NCBI GenBank assembly: GCA_021405315.1
Contig: QWIH01000009.1
Coordinates: 7,059 to 71,058 of the forward strand
Source: Leptolyngbya sp. PLA1
GTDB taxonomy: Bacteria; Planctomycetota; Phycisphaerae; Phycisphaerales; UBA1924
DNA length: 64,000 nucleotides
Direction: 5' to 3'
Shown here: piece after piece, positions 56,292 through 64,000 of the stretch
Layout: each line of letters starts with the position of its first letter
How positions within the stretch are numbered: position 1 is the first letter of the stretch
Translations under genes and position numbers: made by a program
The notes under the pieces: model-generated
What the model saw: the letters and a program-made list of their open reading frames with translations, nothing else
The model's database searches: none
Told to the model about the DNA's origin: nothing

Positions 56292-56735
56292 ATGAAGCCC
56301 AGGTTCAACCGCCCCAACCACGCCCGGCGCGCCTTCACGATCATCGAGGTCATCGTCATCGTCGTCATCCTGGGCGTGCTGGCGGCGCTCATCGCGCCGC
56401 GTCTCCTCGGGCGCATCGGCCAGAGCCGCCAGGCCGTTGCCCGCGCGAACGCCGAGTCGCTCGCCACCCAGATGAAGCTCTTCATCGCCGATCACTACAT
56501 GCCGGACTCCGGCGCGTCGATCGAGATTCTCTTCGTGAAGCCCGCCAACATCGAGTCCGACAAGTGGCACCCCTATGTCGACAACCTCGACGCCCTCAAG
56601 GACCCCTGGGGCAACCTCTTTGCCCTTCGCATCCCCGGCGAGGTCAACGTGGACTTCGACATCGTCAGCTACGGTGCCGACGGTCAGCTCGGTGGCGAGG
56701 GTGAAGCCGCAGACATCGTGAACGGAAGGAAGTAG
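56292..56735 (+). CDS. gspG: Major pseudopilin GspG (147 aa)
   Basis: RRA|FTIIEVIVIVVILGVLAALIAP; KWHPY, DPWGN, SYGADGQLGGEG. Confidence 0.93.
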   Translation: MKPRFNRPNHARRAFTIIEVIVIVVILGVLAALIAPRLLGRIGQSRQAVARANAESLATQMKLFIADHYMPDSGASIEILFVKPANIESDKWHPYVDNLDALKDPWGNLFALRIPGEVNVDFDIVSYGADGQLGGEGEAADIVNGRK

Positions 56736-56757
56736 TCCCCGCCCGGCAGGATTCGTG

Positions 56758-57351
56758 ATGCAAGCGACCCCCATGCCCGCCCGACGACGCGCCTTCTCGA
56801 TGGTCGAGATGGTCGTCGTCGTCGTGATCCTGGGCGTGCTCGCGATGGCGGTGGTGCCCCGCATGGTTTCAACCCGGGGCAGGGAGGTGCAGGCGAGCGC
56901 GCTCCGCCTCGCGGATCTCCTCACGGTCGCCGCCAGACGCGACTCGCTCCTCAGCCAGCGGATCGCCGTCGAGTACGACGCCCGCGACGGGCAACTCCGC
57001 CTCATGACGCTGTCCGTGCCCGAGCCTGAGTCGGGCGCGGCGGCGGTCTGGAAGGCCGACGCCCTCGCCCCCGCGGCGGACATCGGGAACGCCCGCGTGC
57101 TCGAGGCATGGATGGACGGGTCTTCACTCGACCCCAAGCAGTGGCGTGTGGAACTGCCCCAGAACCAGATGAGGCCGGCGATCTCGATGCTCCTCTCCGA
57201 CGCCAGCGGGCAGAACCTCTGGCGTGTCGACCTCGCCCCCCGCGCGACGCGGGCGGTGGTGACGGCCGGGCAGCAGCCCGCGCGCGACGGCGTGGAGGGT
57301 TCGGAGTTCATCGATCTCGACGCGAGCGGGCAGGGGGTGACCCCGTGGTAG
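56758..57351 (+). CDS. gspH: Minor pseudopilin, GspH-like
   Basis: RRA|FSMVEMVVVVVILGVLA; position after gspG. Confidence 0.75.
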   Translation: MQATPMPARRRAFSMVEMVVVVVILGVLAMAVVPRMVSTRGREVQASALRLADLLTVAARRDSLLSQRIAVEYDARDGQLRLMTLSVPEPESGAAAVWKADALAPAADIGNARVLEAWMDGSSLDPKQWRVELPQNQMRPAISMLLSDASGQNLWRVDLAPRATRAVVTAGQQPARDGVEGSEFIDLDASGQGVTPW

Positions 57352-57806
57352 CCCGGCCTCGGCTCGTGTCTCGGCGCGGGGCGCTCCTCGTGGATGTGCT
57401 CGTGGGCGTCGTCATGCTCGGGGTGGCGCTGGCGGTCATGATCGGGCTTTCCGCGCGGGCGGTCTCCGCCCAGCGGGCCGGGGAGAACCTCCAGATCGCC
57501 GCGATGCTCATCGATGAGCGGCTCAACATGGTGCTCGCCAAGGGGCCGGAGGATTACGCGACGGCCTTCGGGGCGCTCGACGGGCCGTGTGACGAGCCGT
57601 ATGCGCGCTTCCGGTACTCGCTCAGCATCCAGGAAGGCTCGGCGGGTCAGCCCTTCCGCGTGTCGTGCACCGTGACGTGGACCGAGAGCGGCAAGCCCCG
57701 CAGCGAGACCGTCCACACCCTGATCGCCCCGAGGCTCGGCGACGAGCCGGACCCCGACCGCAAGCCCCCGGAGACCACCGACCGCCTCGCGGGGGTGCTG
57801 CCATGA
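57345..57806 (+). CDS. gspI: Minor pseudopilin, GspI-like (153 aa)
   Basis: RRG|ALLVDVLVGVVMLGVALAVM (Asp at +5); V.CTVTWTE; start uncertain (GTG 57345). Confidence 0.7.
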   Translation: MVARPRLVSRRGALLVDVLVGVVMLGVALAVMIGLSARAVSAQRAGENLQIAAMLIDERLNMVLAKGPEDYATAFGALDGPCDEPYARFRYSLSIQEGSAGQPFRVSCTVTWTESGKPRSETVHTLIAPRLGDEPDPDRKPPETTDRLAGVLP

Positions 57807-58492
57807 GGCGCCGCGCATTCACCCTGGTGGAACTCATCGTGACGTCCGTCATCGGCGTGCTCGTCGCCGGCGCGGTGGTCACCAGCGTCTCCAGCCTCCA
57901 GCGGGCGAGGGCGTCGTCGTTCGCGCGTCAACAGGCCTTCGGCCGGAGCGACGCCGCCGCGTCTCGCATCGCCCTGGACCTGTCCAATGTGGTGAGGCAC
58001 TATGAGCTGACGTTCGCCAGGGTGCTCGTGGTCAATGGCGGGGCGCCGGGGGCTGAGACCGACGAGCTGCTCATCCTCGCGAACGCCGCCAGACCCGTCC
58101 GCGGGGAGGACGGAATCGCCGAGGGCCCCGAGGTCGAGGTGCAGTACCGCATCCGGCCGGGCGCGGCGGTCGGGGCTGCCTCCCTCTGGCGGCGCACCGA
58201 TCCGGCGTTCGATCTCTATCTCGATGCCGGCGGCGTGGCCTCCACCGTCGCTTCCGGCGTCACGTCGCTCTCCATCCAGGCCTTCGACGGCTCGGCGTGG
58301 GTCGACTCGTGGGACTCAGACTCAGACGGCATGCCTCACGCGATTCGCGTGGCGGTCGCCGCGGCCTCGGACGACAGGCGGACCACGTCCGTCGCGCGCC
58401 GGCTGGTCGCCATCGACCGCGTGCCGATCCCGCTCGAATCAACCGACGAGGACGCGAGCGGCGGCACCACACCCGCGGGAGGCGCCCGATGA
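57803..58492 (+). CDS. gspJ: Minor pseudopilin, GspJ-like (229 aa)
   Basis: RRA|FTLVELIV; RIALDLSN; FDGSAWVDSWDS; MPHAIRV. Confidence 0.8.
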   Translation: MRRRAFTLVELIVTSVIGVLVAGAVVTSVSSLQRARASSFARQQAFGRSDAAASRIALDLSNVVRHYELTFARVLVVNGGAPGAETDELLILANAARPVRGEDGIAEGPEVEVQYRIRPGAAVGAASLWRRTDPAFDLYLDAGGVASTVASGVTSLSIQAFDGSAWVDSWDSDSDGMPHAIRVAVAAASDDRRTTSVARRLVAIDRVPIPLESTDEDASGGTTPAGGAR

Positions 58493-59820
58493 GCCGCCCC
58501 CGACACACCCGGCGGGGCTTCGCGACCCTGATGGTCTTCGCCGTCATCGCGCTGGCGGCGATCATCATCGGCATGATCCAGACCAGCGCCTTCGGGCAGG
58601 CGTCGGCGGGTCGCGAGGCGCTGGCCCGAGTTCGGGCCCACTGGGCCGCCCGCGCGGGGCTGGAGTCCATGATCGCGACGCTGGAGTGGAGCACCGAGAA
58701 TCCGGACCTCGGCAGCGCGTTCACCCTGATGGATGATTTCGTCGCCGTCTCAACGGGCGACCTGGACGGCGCCACGTACCGCATCGCGACCTTCGACGAA
58801 TCCCGCGAGGTGCTCGGGCCGGCCGATGCGCACTCCAGACTGAACATCAACCGGCTCACCAGGGACCAACTCCTCACCATCGAGCCCCTCATGTCGGAGG
58901 ACGTTGCGGACTCAATCCTCGACTGGATCGACTCCGACGATGACACGAACCCCCTGGGGGCGGAGATCGGCTATTACGCGGGGTTGCCCTACCCCTACGA
59001 GCCCCGGAATGCCCCCATGCGCAGCATCCTCGAACTGGAGCTGGTCGCGGGGGTGGACGCGCGCGACGTCCGCGGCGAGGACTGGAATCTCAACGGTCTG
59101 CTGGACCCCAACGAGGACGACGGGGACGAGAGCTGGCCCCCCGACAACGCGGACGGCATTCTCGATCGCGCGTGGTCGGGCGTCCTCACGGCGGGCAGCC
59201 TCGACGGCGCCCTCGCGCCCTCCGGACAGCCAAAGATCGATCTCCAGAGCGCGAACGCCGGGGAGATCGTGCAGCGCGTCAAGACCGACAGCAACCAGGC
59301 GCAGGCCATTGTTGATTACATCGCGAGCAACCCCAACGCCACGATGCGGGACTTCATCGTGCGCGACCTGCGTCAGCTCGCTCAGCAGGCCGGGGGGGAC
59401 GGCGGGCAGACTGTGCGCATCGAGAACCTCACGAGGGAGCAACTCGGCCTGCTGCTCGACGAGGCGACCGTCGGCCCGGCGGAGTCCGGGGCCTACATCC
59501 CGGGCAAGCTGAACATCAACACCTGCCCGGCCAAGACGCTTGAGTACCTCCCCCAGATCACGCCCGAGGTGGCTGATGCCATCATCGCCGAGCGCTCCGC
59601 AAGGCCGGACGGGTTCGTGAGCCTCGCGGACCTCCTCAGCGTGCCGGGGATCGGCAGGCGCCAGCTCGCCGCGATCTATGAGTTGCTGTGCGTACGGTCC
59701 AACGTGTACGAGGTGACCTGCCGCGGGCGTGACTCGAGGACGGGCATCGAGTCGGAGATTCACGCGGTGCTGGACCGTTCGACCTTGCCGGTAGTGCTTC
59801 AGGAGGTGAGCGTGCGATGA
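58489..59820 (+). CDS. gspK: Minor pseudopilin GspK (443 aa)
   Basis: RRG|FATLMVF; SRLNIN, ILDWIDSDD, PRNAPM.S..EL.LV.G, LNINT, HhH LLSVPGIG. Confidence 0.88.
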   Translation: MSRPRHTRRGFATLMVFAVIALAAIIIGMIQTSAFGQASAGREALARVRAHWAARAGLESMIATLEWSTENPDLGSAFTLMDDFVAVSTGDLDGATYRIATFDESREVLGPADAHSRLNINRLTRDQLLTIEPLMSEDVADSILDWIDSDDDTNPLGAEIGYYAGLPYPYEPRNAPMRSILELELVAGVDARDVRGEDWNLNGLLDPNEDDGDESWPPDNADGILDRAWSGVLTAGSLDGALAPSGQPKIDLQSANAGEIVQRVKTDSNQAQAIVDYIASNPNATMRDFIVRDLRQLAQQAGGDGGQTVRIENLTREQLGLLLDEATVGPAESGAYIPGKLNINTCPAKTLEYLPQITPEVADAIIAERSARPDGFVSLADLLSVPGIGRRQLAAIYELLCVRSNVYEVTCRGRDSRTGIESEIHAVLDRSTLPVVLQEVSVR

Positions 59821-61583
59821 GTCGATTGACCTCCCAAGGCCGGTCGAAGGAGGCCCGCGGGGCTGTCGCGGGCGTCCACGAGTCGGGTGACTCGGTGTGC
59901 GTCGTGGTGCTTTCCCCACAGGACGGGGCGCACAGTGTGTCGCAGTCGCGGACCATGACCCGGAGCGAGGCTGAATCGGTGCTCCCCGGTCTGCTCTCTG
60001 GTGTGACGCGCGTGGTGCGGGTCACTCCGCTGCGAGAGACGATCTGCCGCGTCACCACGCTGCCCCTGGCCGGCACCGCGGACAACGACGACCAGACCGC
60101 GGGCGCCGTCTCGCTGCTGGGTGAGGCGGAACTCCCCGCCGTGGCGCCGGCCCATCGGCGTGGGTCGGGGGTGGTTGGTCTGCCCATGGCGGACGGAGCC
60201 CGCCACGTGCTGGTGACCGCCTGGACCGGTGCCGCTCGCGACCCGCTCGGAGACATCGACGAGGTCTGGGCCACGCCCGTGGCCGCGCTCGCCGCCCTGT
60301 GGGCCGGCAAGGGGGAGCAGGCGGTGTATGTCGGTGAGCGTGAGGGCGGCGTCGCCGTGTTGGTGCAGTCCCCCTCGCGGCTGGTGGCCAGGGTCGTGCC
60401 CACGGAGGTCGGGCCCGCGGCGGGCGAGGAGGCGGAGCAGGTGCTGCGTGAAACCTGCGCCGCGGCTGAAGCGGAAGAGCCCGGGCGATTGCCCGGCGGT
60501 CGGGCGCTGGTGCTCAGCGATGCCGCCAGGGCCGGGCTGCGTGCCAAGGTCCGCGGCGTGCGCGATGAGGTGGCGTGGATGGACGCGCACGGTCTGGCGC
60601 TCGGTGCCGCGCTGCTCGCGCTCGAGCCGAGACGGTCGGTGAGCGCCCTCGCGGCGCTGAGGTCGGTTCCTCCCAGGGAGAAGTTGTCGATCCCCGCTCG
60701 CATCGGTACGGCGCTCACGAACCCCCGGACGGCATGGCTCACAGCCGGCGCCGCGGTCGTGCTGCTCCTTGGGGCGCCGATCGCGCTCGCCGCGGGCAGG
60801 GCGGCGATCCTCGGCGCGCGGGTGCGGGAGATCGAGAGCCGCGTGGGAGGGCAGAAGGAGCTGGAGGACCGCGCCGCCCTGTACCAGCAGCTCGAGGGCA
60901 GCCGGTGGCCTCTCACCAAGCTCCTGAATGATCTTTCCACGCTTGCGCCCGTGGGCGTGACCGTCAGCAGCATGCGCGTCAACGCCGGCCAGGACGTCAA
61001 CCTGCGGGGCACCGCCAAGTCGCAGGAGCTCGTCACACGCTTCGGGGCGGCGCTGGTGGATTCGAAGGTCTTTTCGAAATCGACGATCAACCGCACCGAG
61101 TTCAAGGACGGGGGCGTCGACTTCGACATGACGCTCCAGGTCGGTCAGCCGTTCGCCCGCGTCCCCGTCAGCAAGGATCCCGACGCCGCCAAGAACACGG
61201 ACTACGCCGCGCTGCCGCTCGCCAGACGGCTCTACGGCGAGGGAGCCAGCAACGACTCGGTGGCGAGCGCGGATCGGCCCTCTCGCTCGCGCCGCGGTGG
61301 CGCGACCTCCGGATCCCCGGGCGGATCGGCGTCCGGCAGCCCGACGGCGGCCGCGACCGAGCGACGGCCCTCGCCCAGCGAGGTCGTCCCCCCGCCGGTG
61401 TCCGATGCAGACATCGCGAAGATGGACAGGGCCACCGCGATGTCGGAGTGGGTGAAGCGAAAGACCTACCCGCAGAAGAACCCCAAGCTGGACGCCGTCA
61501 CGAAGCAGCGTCTCGAGGAGGAGTGGCCCAAGATCAAAGCCCGATTCGACCAGTTGAAGTCGACCGAGGGAGGTGGCTCGTGA
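59817..61583 (+). CDS. gspL: GspL / PilM-PilN-like assembly platform protein (588 aa)
   Basis: Degenerate actin-like N-terminus, single TM, coiled coil, PilN-like VNLRGTAKSQELVTRF; position in the operon. Confidence 0.65.
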   Translation: MSRLTSQGRSKEARGAVAGVHESGDSVCVVVLSPQDGAHSVSQSRTMTRSEAESVLPGLLSGVTRVVRVTPLRETICRVTTLPLAGTADNDDQTAGAVSLLGEAELPAVAPAHRRGSGVVGLPMADGARHVLVTAWTGAARDPLGDIDEVWATPVAALAALWAGKGEQAVYVGEREGGVAVLVQSPSRLVARVVPTEVGPAAGEEAEQVLRETCAAAEAEEPGRLPGGRALVLSDAARAGLRAKVRGVRDEVAWMDAHGLALGAALLALEPRRSVSALAALRSVPPREKLSIPARIGTALTNPRTAWLTAGAAVVLLLGAPIALAAGRAAILGARVREIESRVGGQKELEDRAALYQQLEGSRWPLTKLLNDLSTLAPVGVTVSSMRVNAGQDVNLRGTAKSQELVTRFGAALVDSKVFSKSTINRTEFKDGGVDFDMTLQVGQPFARVPVSKDPDAAKNTDYAALPLARRLYGEGASNDSVASADRPSRSRRGGATSGSPGGSASGSPTAAATERRPSPSEVVPPPVSDADIAKMDRATAMSEWVKRKTYPQKNPKLDAVTKQRLEEEWPKIKARFDQLKSTEGGGS

Positions 61584-62188
61584 ACGGGTTCAAGCAGACC
61601 TGGCAGCGACTGCCCCGCGCGGGGCGCTGGCTCGGGGTGTTCCTGTTGTTCCTCGCGCTGTACTTCCTCGTCGTGGAGCCCGGCGTAGACGTCTACCTGA
61701 AGTACGCGGCGCTGGGCGACGTGCACCGCGCCACCCTCGCGAAGTACGCCGAGGCGAAGGACGAGGTACGCCGCGCCGACGATGTCGTGAAGCTCGGCGT
61801 GGCCCACTTCGGCACGGTCGAGTTCCCGGGCGACTACAACCAGCGCACCCGTGAGCTGAACACCGCGATCGACGGCATCCTCGCGACCAACGGGGTGGAG
61901 GGGTACACCGGCACCACGCGCACCGTGGCGATGGGGCAGGGACTCCTGACCAAGCGCCTGCCCGAGGATTCACGCGTCGAGCGGCTCACCCGGACCATCG
62001 ACTTCACGGGGCACCCCGCGGCGGTCGCGGGTGTCCTCGCGGACCTCGAACAGACCCCCGTGGTCTCGACCATCTCCTCGGTCCAGCTTCGCCAGGTGGA
62101 AGGCCGCGACGGCGAGTCCGGCCGGCTTCTCAACGCCATCATCACCATCGAAACCTGGGTGACAGCCAAGAAGGGAACCAGCCGGTGA
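61580..62188 (+). CDS. gspM: GspM / PilO-like protein (202 aa)
   Basis: WQRLP...TM, coiled coil, ferredoxin-like IDFTGHPAAVAGVLADLE. Confidence 0.65.
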   Translation: MNGFKQTWQRLPRAGRWLGVFLLFLALYFLVVEPGVDVYLKYAALGDVHRATLAKYAEAKDEVRRADDVVKLGVAHFGTVEFPGDYNQRTRELNTAIDGILATNGVEGYTGTTRTVAMGQGLLTKRLPEDSRVERLTRTIDFTGHPAAVAGVLADLEQTPVVSTISSVQLRQVEGRDGESGRLLNAIITIETWVTAKKGTSR

Positions 62189-62820
62189 CAGCACCCACGG
62201 ACATGAGGACGGTCTGGCGCGGCCTGGGGACCCCGGGCAAGGTCGCCGCGGCGGTCGCGTGCGTGGCGGGGCTCGTTGTGCTGCCGCAGGTGTGGTCGTT
62301 CCTGGATGCGATCGTCAGGCCCAGGCCCGAAGTGCCTGCCCGCGTGGCCAGCGAGGCCTCCGAGCAACGCGCCGAGCAGTTCGAGCTGTACATCGCGCAG
62401 GTTGACGGCCGGTCGCTCTTTCATGTGCCCGCCGCGCCGGGTACGCAGGCGGCCCCGCCCCCGCCCCCCGGTCCGCCCGCGCCGCCACCGCCTCCGTCGA
62501 GTTACGGCGGGCCGGCGATCATCGCCATGGTCAACGGCGAGGTCTGGTTCGCGGATGGCAAGCGTCTGAGGCCGGGAGATGCCGAGTCCGAGGGCGTCTC
62601 GGTTTCGTCCCTGAATGCGCCGTGGGAAGCGACGCTGAAATGGCGTGGGGTGGAGTTCAAGGTCCCGCTCTTCGCGAGGGAGAACCTCGTCTGGGCTCCG
62701 CAGCCGGAGTCCAAGAAGGAGCCCCCGCCCCAGCCACCCCCGGCGGACCCGCCAAATCCCGGCTCCGCGGGTGATGGTGGGGCCGGCGGCGAGCCCACGG
62801 GTAATGGCCTAGGCGGTTGA
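62185..62820 (+). CDS. Single-TM Pro-rich protein with GspC/PilP HR-like beta domain
   Basis: TM, poly-Pro linker, EVWFADGKRLRPGD...GVSV...EATLKWRG; lies just before the secretin. Confidence 0.5.
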   Translation: MTAPTDMRTVWRGLGTPGKVAAAVACVAGLVVLPQVWSFLDAIVRPRPEVPARVASEASEQRAEQFELYIAQVDGRSLFHVPAAPGTQAAPPPPPGPPAPPPPPSSYGGPAIIAMVNGEVWFADGKRLRPGDAESEGVSVSSLNAPWEATLKWRGVEFKVPLFARENLVWAPQPESKKEPPPQPPPADPPNPGSAGDGGAGGEPTGNGLGG

Positions 62821-62873
62821 CAGACTTCGATGATCCTCGCGTCTCTCCAGTAGGGTTCAGCACAAGGAACGAC

Positions 62874-64000
62874 ATGAACAAGCACGCACAGTTTCGCGTG
62901 ATGACCGCCTCGGCCCTCGTGGCGCTCGCGGGCCTGGGGCTCTCTGCCCCGGCTCAGGACGCCCAGCCCACCGGGCCCTCCGGCCGCCGCCCCGTGGAGG
63001 GCGAGCCCACGCCCCTGGCCTTCAAGCAGGTCACGGTTGAGAAGCTGATCGACTTCATCGTCCAGGCGACGGGGAAGGTGGTCATCCCGCAGCAGGACGT
63101 GATGACCCGCAAGATCACGGTCCTCAACGACCGGCCCATCCCGCGGGAGCAGGCGCTGGACCTGGTGTTTCAGGCGTTGGCGCAGAACGGCGTGGGTGTG
63201 GTCGAGAACGAGCACGTCATCACGCTCCGCGCGATCGAGGAGGTCTCCAAGCACGACGTGCCGGTGATCCCGCCCAACGAGAGCGTGCTCAACCGCCGCG
63301 ACAGCGGCACCCTGGTGCAGAAGGTCTTTGCCCTGCGCAACTCCACGGCCAAGGCGCTGGGAGACGTCATCAAGGACGCGGTGCCGGACTACGCGAAGCT
63401 CAACATCGACGAGGAGTCCAATCAGGTCGCCATCATCGGCCCCATCTCGCTGCAGCAGCGCATGGAGCGGCTGATCACGAGCCTCGATCGTCCCTCTTCC
63501 GCGGCGCTCCAGACCGAGACCTTCAGGCTGCGCTACGCGGACGCCGAGGCGGTGAAGGCCAACATCGAGGAACTCTTCCAGGGCGGCTCCGCCGCCGCGG
63601 GGGGCAACAACCGGCGAGCCAACCAGAACAACCAGAACAACCAGGGTCCGGGCGGCTTCTTCAGGTTCGCGGGGGTTTCAGGCGGCGGCGGCGAGGGCGG
63701 CACCTCCGCCAGCACCGAGGTTCGCGTCACCGCCAACGCGCAGCAGAACGCGGTCACGGTCGTCGCGGACCCGACGATCCTCGACCAGATCCGCGCGCAG
63801 ATCAACGAGTACTGGGACAAGCAACTCCCGGAAGAGGCCGTTGTCCCCAAGGTCTACGACCTCAAGAACAGCGATCCCATCAAGATCCGCGACGCGCTGG
63901 AGGGGATGTTCGGGCGTGCCAACCCGCAGGCGGGGCGCACGAACCAGGGCGGGGGTGGGCAGCAGGGCGGGAACACCGGGTCCACGTCGACCTCCCAGGG
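62874..64000 (+). CDS. gspD: Secretin GspD, N-terminal part (3' truncated; missing from the ORF track because no stop is in the window)
   Basis: ATG 62874 after AAGGA; my translation: signal peptide, LAFKQVTVEKLIDFIVQATGKVVIP (N0), KVFALRNSTAKAL, TFRLRYADAEAV, KVYDLKNSDP repeats; frame open to 64000. Confidence 0.9.
   Translation, partial: MNKHAQFRVMTASALVALAGLGLSAPAQDAQPTGPSGRRPVEGEPTPLAFKQVTVEKLIDFIVQATGKVVIPQQDVMTRKITVLNDRPIPREQALDLVFQALAQNGVGVVENEHVITLRAIEEVSKHDVPVIPPNESVLNRRDSGTLVQKVFALRNSTAKALGDVIKDAVPDYAKLNIDEESNQVAIIGPISLQQRMERLITSLDRPSSAALQTETFRLRYADAEAVKANIEELFQGGSAAAGGNNRRANQNNQNNQGPGGFFRFAGVSGGGGEGGTSASTEVRVTANAQQNAVTVVADPTILDQIRAQINEYWDKQLPEEAVVPKVYDLKNSDPIKIRDALEGMFGRANPQAGRTNQGGGGQQGGNTGSTSTSQ

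Noticed and set aside
1-64000. tRNA, rRNA, CRISPR, IS/integrase or toxin-antitoxin loci
   Set aside because: No T-loop/acceptor-stem tRNA pattern, no regularly spaced direct repeats and no transposase or recombinase motifs were found by eye; intergenic gaps are mostly under 230 nt

Overview
High-GC bacterial chromosomal window, densely coding, with no rRNA, tRNA, CRISPR array or mobile element that I can support. Gene content and architecture suggest Planctomycetota, probably Phycisphaerae (inference only). The left two-thirds is mostly housekeeping: rsmE, mlaD/mlaF, NUDIX, a co-oriented run of S2P-like/rhomboid/tgt/yajC/secDF/LysM/hldD-like/UDP-GlcA decarboxylase, an M48/M20/class-III aminotransferase/proline-racemase-family cluster, acs, aat, dnaB, rlmN, beta-carbonic anhydrase, M32 carboxypeptidase and prfB. 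The right third is a type II secretion cluster (E-F-G-H-I-J-K-L-M-C-like-D, D truncated by the window edge). It is preceded by a lipoprotein with a JAB/MPN-like motif and three tandem paralogous secreted proteins built from LTxxQ (Spy/CpxP-like) modules. Most notable observations: (1) a ~100-aa insert in a prenyltransferase/squalene-cyclase-like protein that resembles the SecF periplasmic domain of the SecDF in the same window; (2) the Spy-like trio at the head of the T2SS cluster; (3) a prfB frameshift site using CTT-TAA-C rather than CTT-TGA-C; (4) about ten genes with a TANNNT hexamer 6-8 nt before the start codon, suggesting widespread leaderless transcription; (5) apparent pseudo-enzymes (S2P without HExxH, QueC-like without PP-loop). 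Start codons were refined by eye, and all family calls come from motif recognition, not database searches.
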